Of a stretch of DNA of 64,000 nt, positions 49,654-59,478 are shown piece after piece. Positions within the stretch are counted from its first letter, which is position 1, and the number at the start of each line of letters is the position of its first letter. The DNA lies in NCBI GenBank assembly GCA_963817895.1, contig CAWFQB010000003.1, forward strand, positions 448,001 to 512,000, read 5' to 3'. Both the position numbers and the translations under genes were made by a program. The DNA comes from an uncultured Chthonomonadaceae bacterium. Lineage in GTDB: Bacteria > Armatimonadota > Chthonomonadetes > Chthonomonadales > Chthonomonadaceae. The notes below the pieces were generated by a model, which ran no database searches, was not told where the DNA came from, and saw nothing but the letters and a program-made list of their open reading frames with translations.

Positions 49654-51075
49654 ATGCGAGGCACAAAAGCGGGGCGTTGGGCGCAGGGTCTGCTGGCGGG
49701 CGCGTGTCTGTGCGGATTGTCCGCGTGTGGGGGTGGCGGCAGTAATGGCGCGCTGGACACGAACACGAGCGAAGGCGTTGAACAATACGCGCTGGCTGTT
49801 GCGCCGGATGGGAGCAGGATCGCCAGTGGCGGCACGTTTTCGCGCATCACGTACAGCGGCGCGTATCCGGTAGAGAGTACCGGTGGCGGCACGGACTTGC
49901 CGCCCGGCCCTCAAACTCCCGGACCCTCCGACCCCCTGCCCGGTCCTTCCGATCCAATTCCCGGCCCTGTGGAAGACATTCCCCCGGACAATGGCTCGAA
50001 TGGAAACGGCGGCAATGATACAAATTCGCCGCCGGACGAGTCAAACGCGGGCGAGGGCAATACGGATCGCCTGCTGCGATTACGCGCCTCGCGGGGCGGA
50101 TTTGGCGACGCCCACAATAGGGTTTGCGCAACGGCAGGCAAACGCAATTTCATTACCGGCAAGCCGAGCGTGACGCGGGCAACGCTTGCCGCGAGCGCGT
50201 CACGCGGGCAGGCCGCGACGACGAGCAAAACGCCTCGCTATGTTACGGAAGATTTATCCGGGCGCATCTGGTATGCCAATCCGCAGAACGGGCAGCGCGT
50301 TGGCGGGCTTAATCTGGGCCAGATCGTGTACGGGCTTGCTTTTTCGCCGGATGGAACCCTGCTGGCGAGCGGCAGTCAGGATCGGATTTTGCGCCTGATT
50401 GACGCGCGGAGCAATGTGGTTGTGGCGCAGTTAAAAGGGCATGGTGACCGGGTCAGTGGCGTGGCCTTTTCTCCTGACGGCAAGCGGATCGCGTCCTCGG
50501 GCTACAACGACCATACCGTTCGGCTGTGGGACATTCTGACACAAACGCAGCAGCAGGTGATTTCGACCGGCAATTTGGGCGCGACTGCTATCGCCTTCGC
50601 GCCGGATGGCGCGACATTGGCCGGGGCGGAGGGGGATGGCACGGTTCTGATATGGGACGCGCAAACGGGAAGCGTCGTACAAACCCTGAAATCCCACAAG
50701 TATGCGGCCTTTTCCGTCGCTTATGCCCCGGACGGCAAAACCCTTGCCAGCGGCAGCGCGGATGATACCGTGATCCTGTGGGATCCGCAAACCGGAACAC
50801 CCCGACAGACGCTGACGGGGCATACGGGCTTTGTATTCGCCGTCCGCTTTTCGCCCGACGGCAAACTGCTGGCAACCGGGAGCGCGGATCAGACAGTGAA
50901 ATTGTGGGACGCGCAAACGGGAGCCTTGCGCAACACTCTCTCCTCTCCCGAAGGCGTACAGGCCGTCGCCTTCACGCCCGACAGCCAGACCGTTATCGGG
51001 GCGGGCGGCAACGGCAACCTGCGCGCGTGGAATGTCCTGAACGGGCAGTTAAAATGGGAACAGCAGTTCCACTAA
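49654..51075 (+). CDS. WD40-repeat lipoprotein with Pro-rich insertion
   Basis: LSAC lipobox; FSPDG/WD repeats; GGAGG RBS. Confidence 0.88.
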   Translation: MRGTKAGRWAQGLLAGACLCGLSACGGGGSNGALDTNTSEGVEQYALAVAPDGSRIASGGTFSRITYSGAYPVESTGGGTDLPPGPQTPGPSDPLPGPSDPIPGPVEDIPPDNGSNGNGGNDTNSPPDESNAGEGNTDRLLRLRASRGGFGDAHNRVCATAGKRNFITGKPSVTRATLAASASRGQAATTSKTPRYVTEDLSGRIWYANPQNGQRVGGLNLGQIVYGLAFSPDGTLLASGSQDRILRLIDARSNVVVAQLKGHGDRVSGVAFSPDGKRIASSGYNDHTVRLWDILTQTQQQVISTGNLGATAIAFAPDGATLAGAEGDGTVLIWDAQTGSVVQTLKSHKYAAFSVAYAPDGKTLASGSADDTVILWDPQTGTPRQTLTGHTGFVFAVRFSPDGKLLATGSADQTVKLWDAQTGALRNTLSSPEGVQAVAFTPDSQTVIGAGGNGNLRAWNVLNGQLKWEQQFH

Positions 51076-51539
51076 CCACTTGCCACTGCCTGTTTGACAA
51101 ACGCCTCAATCGCCGCCGCAGGCCGCGCCCCGGACGCCCGCGTGATTTCCTGCCCGTTGCGAAAGACAGTCATCGTTGGAATAGATTGGATTCCGAAACG
51201 CTGCCCGAGCGCGGGCAGGGCGTCCGTGTTTACTTTGGCGACAAGGAATTGTCCCGCAGTATTGGCCGCGACTTTGACCAGTTCCGGCGCGACCATTTTG
51301 CACGGCCCGCACCAGGGCGCCCAGAAGTCCACCACGACCGGGACAGCGGAGTTGGCGACAAGCGCGTCGAACTGCGCCGTTGTTGTCACGTCAACGGGTT
51401 CGGACGGCGGGCGTATCTCATGTTGGCATTTGCCGCAGGTTCCCGTCTGGTTCAGCCGCGCATGCGGCGTTCGGTTTTTCTGCCCGCACTGCGGACACGG
51501 TATCACCACCCCTTTAGCGTCCAGCGTCAGCGTACTCAT
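51072..51539 (-). CDS. trxC: thioredoxin 2 with N-terminal zinc finger
   Basis: CPQC...CGKC and WAPWCGPC. Confidence 0.92.
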   Translation of the reverse strand: MSTLTLDAKGVVIPCPQCGQKNRTPHARLNQTGTCGKCQHEIRPPSEPVDVTTTAQFDALVANSAVPVVVDFWAPWCGPCKMVAPELVKVAANTAGQFLVAKVNTDALPALGQRFGIQSIPTMTVFRNGQEITRASGARPAAAIEAFVKQAVASG

Positions 51540-51706
51540 CTGTCACCCCTCCATTTTGAAAGCGCAGGGTTGCGCCCGTAGTCCCTATATTGCTGAATAC
51601 GATTTTCAAGGCTCGGAATTAGCAAGTTCCTGCCCTGCGAATAGGGAGGCTCTCTATTCTCCTGTGTCTGACAGCAGGTACAATAGTGTGGGAGAAACTT
51701 GCGCCA

Positions 51707-53602
51707 ATGAAAATCATTTCAGACCATTTTGGTTCCGTTTGTTGTTTGCTGCTGTGTTTTATCCACTGCCCGCTTGCTGCGACTGCTCAACAGCCTCTGG
51801 AGAAAATTCCGATGCCTCAACCACCCTCAACCCTGAATCTTCCTCCTGCCTCGCTGCCCGCCGCGTACAACCCGCTTCCCAACTTACCGGCGATTGCGCT
51901 GGATGAGGCGAATAACAACGTCGGAATTGCCCAACAGACGGCGCGGGCGAAGCATTTGCAGGGGCGCGTGTTGTGGATTGACGGCACGGCGAACATGAAC
52001 GCCATCAATACGCCGGACAAAATTGTTTCGCTGGCGCAGCAGATTAAAAAGGCCGGTTTCAATACGGTTGTGCTGGATGTGAAGCCGATTGTCGGGTTTA
52101 CCCTGTATCCGAGCAAGTACGCGCCCAAACTGACGACCTGGAAAGACCGAACCATTCCCGCCGATTTCGATCCCCTGCCGGGTATGGTAACGGAGTGCCA
52201 CCGGAACGGGCTACAGCTTGTCGTCAACATGAACGTGTGGAGCGAGGGACACCGGGGCGACAACAACACGGTCAAAAAGCAGGGGCCGGGATACGAGCAT
52301 CCCGAATGGCAGACCGTTTTGTACACTGTCGAGGGACGGCTTCATTCCACATTCGGCGGGAATGGGGGCGCGGCGGTTTCGCAGAAGACTAATCCCCCCG
52401 CTGTGGGCGACAATGAGATATGTGTGTATACGGATGTGAAAGCCCTGCCCGCGCTTGCGGATGGGTTTGCGGTCGCGATTGCGGAAACGGGCAAAGTGAT
52501 CGCGCAGGTCGAGGGGAACGCCCTGAGTCTGCTTGGCAGCGCGCCGTGGAAAGGGTCGTATCTTGTCGGGCGGGGAACGGGCGCCAGTTTTCTGCGCCAG
52601 AACGCGCCGGTCGGCAGCGCGCTTGGGCTGGACACGGTTCCCGCGTTTGTGCCTATGTCGCAAATGCAGGAGCAGGTTCCGCTCATGGTCAGCCCGCACC
52701 GCGCGGACGTACAAAAACGAATTCTGGATATGATTACGGAAGTCTGTTCGCGCTACGAGATAGACGGCGTGATTTTCGATGACCGTTTTCGGTACGCGGG
52801 CATCAACGCCGATTTTAGCGAGGACACGCATAAGCAATTTGAGGCGTATCTCGCGCCCGTTCTCGGCGGTAAAAGTCTGAAATGGCCCGAAGATGTGTTC
52901 CGCTACGATCTCGCGTTCCCCACTCTGTCGCGGCGATTGACGCCCGGAATGTATTATGATGCGTGGCTGACATGGCGCGCGCTTACCCTGCGGAACTGGC
53001 TGGCGTCGGCAGTGGCAACGGTGAAAGCCATCCGCCCCAACGCAACCGTCAGCACCTACAACGGCTCGTGGTACGGCGATTATGCCGCATTGGGCGCGAA
53101 CTGGGCGGCGGATGATTTCAACGCGGGCTTTCGGTTTTTAACGCCGGGGTATCAGAAGACCGGCTACGCGGGTCTTGCGGACTGGATTACGACCGGCTGC
53201 TACTATCCCACGCCCACCATGTCGGAAGCGCTTTCGCTTGGCAAATCCGCCGGGGCGACCATCGAAGCGGCGGGGCAGTTGTCCAACCGCGCGGCAAACG
53301 ATCAGACCTGGGTATACGCGGGCTTGAACGTGGCGGATTACAGCAAGCAGCCGGAAAAGCTGAAACAGGCGGTTCAGGCCGCGCTGGCAAGTACACAGGG
53401 CGTGATGGTGTTTGACCTGTCCGCCTTCGACGACTCGATCTGGAACCTGTTCGGCGAGATATTCAAAGAATCCGCAATTGCGCCTCATGCCGTTCCCGGT
53501 CTGCTGGCGCAGGTGCGGCAGCAGCGAATCGCCCGCAAAGCATCGGGCGTTCCCGACCCGCCCGTCATCATCCACAATGGCATCCCAGGCACTGGTTTAT
53601 AA
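51707..53602 (+). CDS. GHL10-family glycoside hydrolase-like protein
   Basis: AGFNTVVLDVK, FDPL..MVTECH, YEIDGVIFDD. Confidence 0.75.
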   Translation: MKIISDHFGSVCCLLLCFIHCPLAATAQQPLEKIPMPQPPSTLNLPPASLPAAYNPLPNLPAIALDEANNNVGIAQQTARAKHLQGRVLWIDGTANMNAINTPDKIVSLAQQIKKAGFNTVVLDVKPIVGFTLYPSKYAPKLTTWKDRTIPADFDPLPGMVTECHRNGLQLVVNMNVWSEGHRGDNNTVKKQGPGYEHPEWQTVLYTVEGRLHSTFGGNGGAAVSQKTNPPAVGDNEICVYTDVKALPALADGFAVAIAETGKVIAQVEGNALSLLGSAPWKGSYLVGRGTGASFLRQNAPVGSALGLDTVPAFVPMSQMQEQVPLMVSPHRADVQKRILDMITEVCSRYEIDGVIFDDRFRYAGINADFSEDTHKQFEAYLAPVLGGKSLKWPEDVFRYDLAFPTLSRRLTPGMYYDAWLTWRALTLRNWLASAVATVKAIRPNATVSTYNGSWYGDYAALGANWAADDFNAGFRFLTPGYQKTGYAGLADWITTGCYYPTPTMSEALSLGKSAGATIEAAGQLSNRAANDQTWVYAGLNVADYSKQPEKLKQAVQAALASTQGVMVFDLSAFDDSIWNLFGEIFKESAIAPHAVPGLLAQVRQQRIARKASGVPDPPVIIHNGIPGTGL

Positions 53603-53649
53603 CGGCTTTTATCAACGGAACACGCGGCAACGATACAGAATGTCGGGAA

Positions 53650-53682
53650 CTGACCCCTGAATCCTGAATCCTGACCCCTGAC
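53650..53682. repeat. (CTGAMYC)n heptamer array before a start codon
   Basis: ctgaccc ctgaatc ctgaatc ctgaccc ctga. Confidence 0.8.
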
Positions 53683-53696
53683 AGGGAGGTGACACT

Positions 53697-54242
53697 ATGA
53701 GCGTACCGCATGATCCTGAACGTATTGGGGAAACGTGGAACCCGATTCGGCTGGCGGTTTTTGAGGCAGAATTGAACGCCCTGCGCGAGTGGATAGTTGT
53801 GTCGGGCGGGTGGGCGTGGCATTTTATGACGCCGCAAGGCCATATAGAATTGAAACACGCGCACAACCACAAGGATGCCGACCTGTTTGTTCGTCCCCAC
53901 GATTTCCCCACGCTGGTTGGGCTGCTGAAAAGTCGGGGTTACGAGCGTATCTGGACGCGCTTCGACAGTCTGCCTGAGTCGCGCGACTTTTACCGCTATG
54001 GCAAAACGGTGGAACAGGACGGCGAAGCAGTCAAAATTCTGCTGGATGTGTTTGTAAGCGAAGTTCCGAGCGTGGAAGCAGGCGGATTTCAGATCGTAGA
54101 GCCGAACTATCTGCTGTCGCTGTACGGACATAAGCATACCAGCGACCGCTGTTTCGCCGTGCGGACCGCAACCGATTTGCTGGCGCGAGGCCTTGACCCC
54201 GTTGGCAATCCCGCAATGGCGGATTACTCCGGGTTCAAGTAA
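53697..54242 (+). CDS. stand-alone Pol-beta-like nucleotidyltransferase-fold protein
   Basis: VVSGGWA...HKDADLF...LLDVF; GGAGGT RBS. Confidence 0.65.
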   Translation: MSVPHDPERIGETWNPIRLAVFEAELNALREWIVVSGGWAWHFMTPQGHIELKHAHNHKDADLFVRPHDFPTLVGLLKSRGYERIWTRFDSLPESRDFYRYGKTVEQDGEAVKILLDVFVSEVPSVEAGGFQIVEPNYLLSLYGHKHTSDRCFAVRTATDLLARGLDPVGNPAMADYSGFK

Positions 54243-54246
54243 ATTA

Positions 54247-55101
54247 TTAACTGTTGGCAGTCGTGTCATGAGAGGCGCGGAGGAGTTGTTGCGGTTCAGT
54301 AGGTTCGGCGGCATTGGCAGGGCGCAGCAGAACGTCCGCCTTCTGCGGCGGGCTTGCGCCGCGCAGCAGAATGGCATCCGACGTCATGCCTTTCATGCGG
54401 GCTTCCAGCGCGTGTAAGCACTCCTGCGCCGCTTCCTGCACTTCTGCGTTCTGCGCTGTCTTTGCTTTGCCCGCCAACAGTTTTCGCACCTGCTTCAACG
54501 CCCTTTCATCCGGTGTCCACGCCAGACCGCGCAGGCAGGCAATCGCCAGTTCGGGATCGTTTTTGAGTAACAGTTGGCGCATCCACACATGTTGCCGCTC
54601 ATCAAAGCCGATGAAATCGCCTGCCTTCATGCGGGGTAATAACTGAAGCAGCGCCCGCTTTGACGCTTGCCGTATGCTTTTATCAGGAAGGTACTGCGCT
54701 TGAAGCAAATAGCGAACCACGCGCACATCTTCGTACTCCGCCAACGCCCCGATTACCTCACTCAATCGAACGCTGCGCAGCAGCAGTTTGGACAGCAAGA
54801 ACAGGCACGGCAACCCAATGGCAACGCTCAACAGCGTCCGCAATACAAATGGTAGGTTGGGGAACAGATGGGAAACCAGAATGTAGGGTAATCCCTGCAT
54901 ACACATCAGAGCAAAAGCGCGGCGTCCCCACTGATTGTACTCGTCGTCTGCAAACTGTAGTAGCGGTCCGAGAGCGGACGGGCTACAGGCGCGCAATTCC
55001 AGTAGAGCCTCGTCGCGTTCGCTCTGGTTCTTGCTGCCCATTTGTCGCATCAGGCGGCGGATACATTGTTGAGACGGTGGCGGCGTATCTATAGCAATCA
55101 C
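54247..55101 (-). CDS. membrane HEAT-repeat protein with LLRAS-type tail
   Basis: 2 TM, HEAT-like helices; LLRGAS, LLRPA, LLRAS. Confidence 0.7.
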   Translation of the reverse strand: MIAIDTPPPSQQCIRRLMRQMGSKNQSERDEALLELRACSPSALGPLLQFADDEYNQWGRRAFALMCMQGLPYILVSHLFPNLPFVLRTLLSVAIGLPCLFLLSKLLLRSVRLSEVIGALAEYEDVRVVRYLLQAQYLPDKSIRQASKRALLQLLPRMKAGDFIGFDERQHVWMRQLLLKNDPELAIACLRGLAWTPDERALKQVRKLLAGKAKTAQNAEVQEAAQECLHALEARMKGMTSDAILLRGASPPQKADVLLRPANAAEPTEPQQLLRASHDTTANS

Positions 55102-56003
55102 GGCGTGATTTCCTGTATCGGGTGGAGAAGTTCATTGGGGGCGGCATCGGTCTGGTGTTCCACAGAGCGCAACAGGTCTGCGCCGTTTCCCGGCTGCATC
55201 GCGCTTGCGCGGAGCAGGGTTTGATTGGCGGCGTCATAAACGGAACGGGCTTCGAGGAGAGGGAGGCAATGCTGCGCGGCATACAAGACCTGCGGATCAA
55301 TGCGGGCGCGTCCGCTCCCGTTTGCCAAACGCTTTACCGCGCTGATGGAACGCCCGTCGCCGATCTTTTCCAATGCTTTCAGCAGCAAAATCACGAGGTC
55401 GGTGTTTGGATCATCGAGGGCGAGATGCAGGCAGTGGCGGTGCGCGTCCGTGAACAGCACGGCGTCGCCGGGTTCCAGGAGGGGCAGCAGTTCTTTGAGG
55501 GCGCGCTGCGGAATTCCCTCCATATCGGCAAGGCGCATGGCTTCCAGAAGCGGCCCGATGGCGCGAACGTCCGAGTCGGGGATGGTGGCGACAAGGGTTG
55601 CCATCTGGCCGTGCAGCCGGGTTCCCGCGCCCATAATGACGAGCGCGAACGCGGCCATAACTTCAAAGGGCGCGAGCAGGACATCCATCATCGCGGAGTC
55701 GAACATCATTGCCATGCCGGTAATGAGTGCGAAACTGCCGGTAAGCGTGAAGTAGCGCAGGCAGAATCGGCGATGGCGCGACCTGCGCTTAAACTGAAGC
55801 AGCAGTTGTCCGAGCAGTTCCTGTTCCTGTTCGCGCTGCGCCTGTTCGCGCTGTCGCCGCTCTCTTTCGGTCAACGTTGGTTCCGTTTCCACCCGCGCGG
55901 GCCGGTCAACGCGCTCGCCCCGCAGGGAGTACGCGAACACCGCCAGATCAACGGCGGAAACATTCGCCGTATCCTCACCGGTATTTTGTGATTTTACGCG
56001 CAT
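55098..56003 (-). CDS. paralogous membrane HEAT-repeat protein with LLRAS-type tail
   Basis: DVRAIGPLLEA, LKALEKIGD; LLRAS, LLRS, LLHP. Confidence 0.7.
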   Translation of the reverse strand: MRVKSQNTGEDTANVSAVDLAVFAYSLRGERVDRPARVETEPTLTERERRQREQAQREQEQELLGQLLLQFKRRSRHRRFCLRYFTLTGSFALITGMAMMFDSAMMDVLLAPFEVMAAFALVIMGAGTRLHGQMATLVATIPDSDVRAIGPLLEAMRLADMEGIPQRALKELLPLLEPGDAVLFTDAHRHCLHLALDDPNTDLVILLLKALEKIGDGRSISAVKRLANGSGRARIDPQVLYAAQHCLPLLEARSVYDAANQTLLRASAMQPGNGADLLRSVEHQTDAAPNELLHPIQEITP

Positions 56004-56096
56004 TGAACTTCTCCGCTCTGGATTGATGTTGATAAAAGAACAGCGAACACGAGATTAGTTTCGTGGTCGCTGTCCTTATTCCTGCCTCACTGCGCC

Positions 56097-56125
56097 GGGG
56101 GCAGGGATTAAAAATCCCTGCCCCC
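56097..56125. terminator. hairpin, terminator or REP-like
   Basis: gggggcagggatt aaa aatccctgccccc. Confidence 0.6.
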
Positions 56126-56132
56126 TCAACGC

Positions 56133-57368
56133 CTAACCTCCCTGGGGGCCTCCGGGGAATCCGGGCTGCGCGGACGGGGGCGGCGGAGTCATGTAGCTGG
56201 CAACCTGCGCCCGCTTCTCCATCAGGTTTTGCATGAAGGTGTTGAGCAGTTGCGGGTTCTGCGATTGGAAGCGCTGATTAAGCGCGTTCAAGGCGTTCTG
56301 CCGCTCTTCAGGCGTCAGGTCTTTGCCCTGCTTTTCCACCTTGATGAGATGGTAACCATACTGACTCTTGACCGGGCCGACGATTTCGCCGGTTTTGGCG
56401 GCAAATGCGGCCTGGGTAAATTCCTTGACCATCGTGCCACGCAAAAACACGCCCAGGTCGCCGCCCGTGGGCTTGGAACCCGTGTCGTCGCTGTTCTCCT
56501 GCGCTTCGGCCTCGAACGTCTTTTTGCCGGACTTTATCTCGGCAGCGATCTTGTTGATTTTCGCAAGGGCGGCGGCGTCAGCGGCTTTGGCATCCGCCGG
56601 GTTCGCGCTCTGATCGCGGCTGGTCATCACAAGGATGTGGCGGGCGCGCAGAAAATCGTTGGGGGTTGGCACATGCCCCACAATTTCCGTTTGTTTCGCC
56701 TGAAGCTCTTTTTGCAGCGTGGCGTCTTTTTCCATCAATTTGGTCATTTGCAATTGCAGGCGCACCTGGTCATTCACGCCAGCGCGGGTCTGCTTTTTGG
56801 ACGCCAGAAACTCATCATCGCTCATTTTGGGCTGAATCTGCCCGTTTTTGCGCATATCGGCAAAGAACTTGGTGAGGAACTCATTGATTTGCGCATCCGT
56901 AACGACGATGTTTTCTTTGGCCGCCGTCTGGGAAATGACCTGCTCCTGAAGCATGTTTTGCAGCACCTGGTACAGGGTAGGGTTGAACTTATCGCGCAGT
57001 TGCAGCATCACCTGCTCGGACGTGATAGTGGCGCTCGGCTTCGGCTCCGCGCCAAACATCTGGTCCGCCGCCACAACCCCCGCCGCCTGTCCGGCTATCT
57101 GCTTGAAAGTGTCCGGGTTGACCTTGCGCAGGCGTTCCACAACATCCGCGAACATAATATTCTTGCCGTTGACGCTTCCGACAATGTTGGGGTCGGAGGG
57201 ACGGGGCGGCGCGACGGGCAGCGTTACCGGGGGGACAGCCGGTTTGGGCGCGGTCTGAGGCGCGGTCGTCGGTTTTTTGGGATCAGTTTTGTCCTGCGCC
57301 TGTGAGGGGGCCAGTGCCGCCGTCCAGAGCGCTGCCGCCAGCGCGGTGGGCAGAGCGTATCGAAGCAT
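56133..57368 (-). CDS. PpiC/parvulin-type PPIase (PrsA/SurA-like)
   Basis: signal peptide, RARHILV, GGDLGVF, SQYGYHLIKV. Confidence 0.92.
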   Translation of the reverse strand: MLRYALPTALAAALWTAALAPSQAQDKTDPKKPTTAPQTAPKPAVPPVTLPVAPPRPSDPNIVGSVNGKNIMFADVVERLRKVNPDTFKQIAGQAAGVVAADQMFGAEPKPSATITSEQVMLQLRDKFNPTLYQVLQNMLQEQVISQTAAKENIVVTDAQINEFLTKFFADMRKNGQIQPKMSDDEFLASKKQTRAGVNDQVRLQLQMTKLMEKDATLQKELQAKQTEIVGHVPTPNDFLRARHILVMTSRDQSANPADAKAADAAALAKINKIAAEIKSGKKTFEAEAQENSDDTGSKPTGGDLGVFLRGTMVKEFTQAAFAAKTGEIVGPVKSQYGYHLIKVEKQGKDLTPEERQNALNALNQRFQSQNPQLLNTFMQNLMEKRAQVASYMTPPPPSAQPGFPGGPQGG

Positions 57369-57388
57369 GAAGAGAACTCCTTCGGAGC

Positions 57389-57477
57389 AGGGAGTGGGGA
57401 ATAGGTGGTAGGGAGTAGGACAATGCGCAAGTTGAACAATGATTTTCCTACTCCCTACCACCTATTCCCCACTCCCT
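57389..57477. repeat. mirrored heptamer element, 32-bp perfect arms
   Basis: agggagtggggaataggtggtagggagtagga (57389-57420) / reverse complement (57446-57477). Confidence 0.95.
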
Positions 57478-58595
57478 ACCCCATAGCGTGTAAACAGCAA
57501 TTGCTGTAGGTTGCGAATCGAGCGCGCGGCGAACTCTCCGGCCAGAGCGTTCTGTTCCGGGGTGACGTCGGGCGCGTGATGGTCGGTCAGGGTAGGTATG
57601 CGGTTCCGGTGGGCATAACCGGCGGGAACCGCGTCGGGAACTTCTATGCCGGCCAGAGTGGTCACGGCCAGCGTCCACATGCGGGGTACTGTAGTTAAAT
57701 TATAGCCGCCCCCGCCAACAGCCACAATCGGTTTGCCCAACGCCTGCACATCTTTAATCGCTTCAAGCCAGCCCTGCGCGGTCAGGCAGACATGGGCAAG
57801 GGGGTCGAACTCGTGCGTGTCCGTACCCATTTGCAGCACAATGGCATCGGGATGGAACGCTTTCAGAACCGGCAGGGCGGCGGAACGCCACGCATTGAGC
57901 CAGATTTCATCGGTGGTATCGGGCGCGAACGGCAGATTGACGCTGTAACCCTCGCCCGCGCCCTCACCGATCTCGTCCACGTCGCCCGTGCCGGGAAACA
58001 AGAACCGTCCGCTTTCGTGCAGGGACACGGTTAATACGGAGGGGTCGTCGTAAAATAGTTCCTGAACACCGTCGCCGTGATGCACGTCAATGTCCACATA
58101 CGCGACGCGGGCATATTTTTGGCGCAAGCGTCGAATCGCCATCGCGCAGTCGTTGAGGACGCAGAATCCGGCGGCTCTGGCATAGTGCGCGTGGTGCAGG
58201 CCACCCGACATATTGAATGCCACCTGCCCCCCGCCCGCGCCGTCCATAATGGCCTGCGCCGCGTCAATGGAACCGCCGGAATACAGGAGGGACACGTCAT
58301 AAATGTGCGGAAAAATGGGATTGTCGCCCGTGCCGAAGCCGTATTTACGCGCGTTCCGAACGTCCTCGCCCCGGTCGAAGGCGCTGAGAACTTCCAGATA
58401 GTCCCGGCTGTGCGTTTGCGCCGCCTCTTCCCAAGACGCCATTTGTGGCGCAACCACTTCCAGCCCGCTTTGAAACGCGCCGTAGCTGTCCAGCAGATCG
58501 TAAGTCATGCGCAGGCGTTCCGGCTTCAGCGGATGCTGCGGCCCCATGTCGTACCCCAACAGGTCATCGGAATAAAAGAAAAGTGGTCGGCTCAT
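57462..58595 (-). CDS. acuC: histone deacetylase family protein (AcuC-like)
   Basis: HPLKPER, GGLHHA, GFC, DIDVHHGDG, GGGGY. Confidence 0.9.
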   Translation of the reverse strand: MSRPLFFYSDDLLGYDMGPQHPLKPERLRMTYDLLDSYGAFQSGLEVVAPQMASWEEAAQTHSRDYLEVLSAFDRGEDVRNARKYGFGTGDNPIFPHIYDVSLLYSGGSIDAAQAIMDGAGGGQVAFNMSGGLHHAHYARAAGFCVLNDCAMAIRRLRQKYARVAYVDIDVHHGDGVQELFYDDPSVLTVSLHESGRFLFPGTGDVDEIGEGAGEGYSVNLPFAPDTTDEIWLNAWRSAALPVLKAFHPDAIVLQMGTDTHEFDPLAHVCLTAQGWLEAIKDVQALGKPIVAVGGGGYNLTTVPRMWTLAVTTLAGIEVPDAVPAGYAHRNRIPTLTDHHAPDVTPEQNALAGEFAARSIRNLQQLLFTRYGVGSGE

Positions 58596-58662
58596 AAGAC
58601 TATTGTACCAGCAAAACCGGCGCATTGCAGAATCTACAAAGGATGAAGGATGGAAGCCGACA

Positions 58663-58746
58663 GGCGCAGGCTTTGTCCGCAAACGCCGTACCTCTCGCTA
58701 ACTATAAGCGGGTGGCGCGTTTCCCCATAGTCCCTACGCCCACCCG
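58663..58746 (+). repeat. orphan PEP-CTERM tail plus 3' hairpin; direct repeat of 59440-59523
   Basis: GAGFVRKRRTSR* plus hairpin; 73/84 identical by manual alignment. Confidence 0.88.
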
Positions 58747-58890
58747 CCCACCCACGCAGCCTTTCTGAAAAACCCCGTACTTCTTCGCCACAAAACCGCA
58801 CACTTGGCACACTTCTTGCACTATACTATACAGGACGCTTTTACAGACCGTTAATTCCCTGCATCGCCTCACCCGAAAGGCTATTGACAC

Positions 58891-59478
58891 ATGCACACCC
58901 GTTCTCTCGTTCGTCACACCCTTGCGCTTACTGCCCTGACCGCACTTGCCTGCCTTGCCGCGCCCAACGCCCACGCGCAGTTCCTCGGCACATCCGCCAC
59001 CGGAAGCCTCCAGTTCAATGGCAGTGGACCTAACTATTTCGATCCCAACAACGGCTTCGTTCCCAACGGCTTCTCCAACAAAACGCAGGGAACCACCGTC
59101 ACCGTCGCCGAACCTGCCATCGAATTCGGTTTTGCCGACGGCGTTAATACCGACACCGTCAACATCACCAATACGACGATCACTCTGACCGATGTTATTG
59201 CGACCAGGGGAAGCACTGCCCCCTTCCTTGTGACGCTCACGGACACCGCGTTTGCCGGCGTCACCTTTACCCAAACCGCCAATACGACCAACAGTTTCAC
59301 TTACAGCCTGACCGGAAACACGCTCAGTCTCAACTTCGCCGGCACCAATACTGGTGGAACATATACAACCACCTTAACGGCTGCTTCTCCCGTTCCCGAA
59401 CCCGGCAGCGTTGCCCTTCTCGTCGGCATCGTCACTGTGGGCGCAGGCTTTGTCCGCAAGCGCCGTTCCCTTCGCTAA
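58891..59478 (+). CDS. PEP-CTERM sorting domain surface protein
   Basis: signal ending AHA; Thr-rich body; VPEPGS-TM-RKRR. Confidence 0.95.
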   Translation: MHTRSLVRHTLALTALTALACLAAPNAHAQFLGTSATGSLQFNGSGPNYFDPNNGFVPNGFSNKTQGTTVTVAEPAIEFGFADGVNTDTVNITNTTITLTDVIATRGSTAPFLVTLTDTAFAGVTFTQTANTTNSFTYSLTGNTLSLNFAGTNTGGTYTTTLTAASPVPEPGSVALLVGIVTVGAGFVRKRRSLR

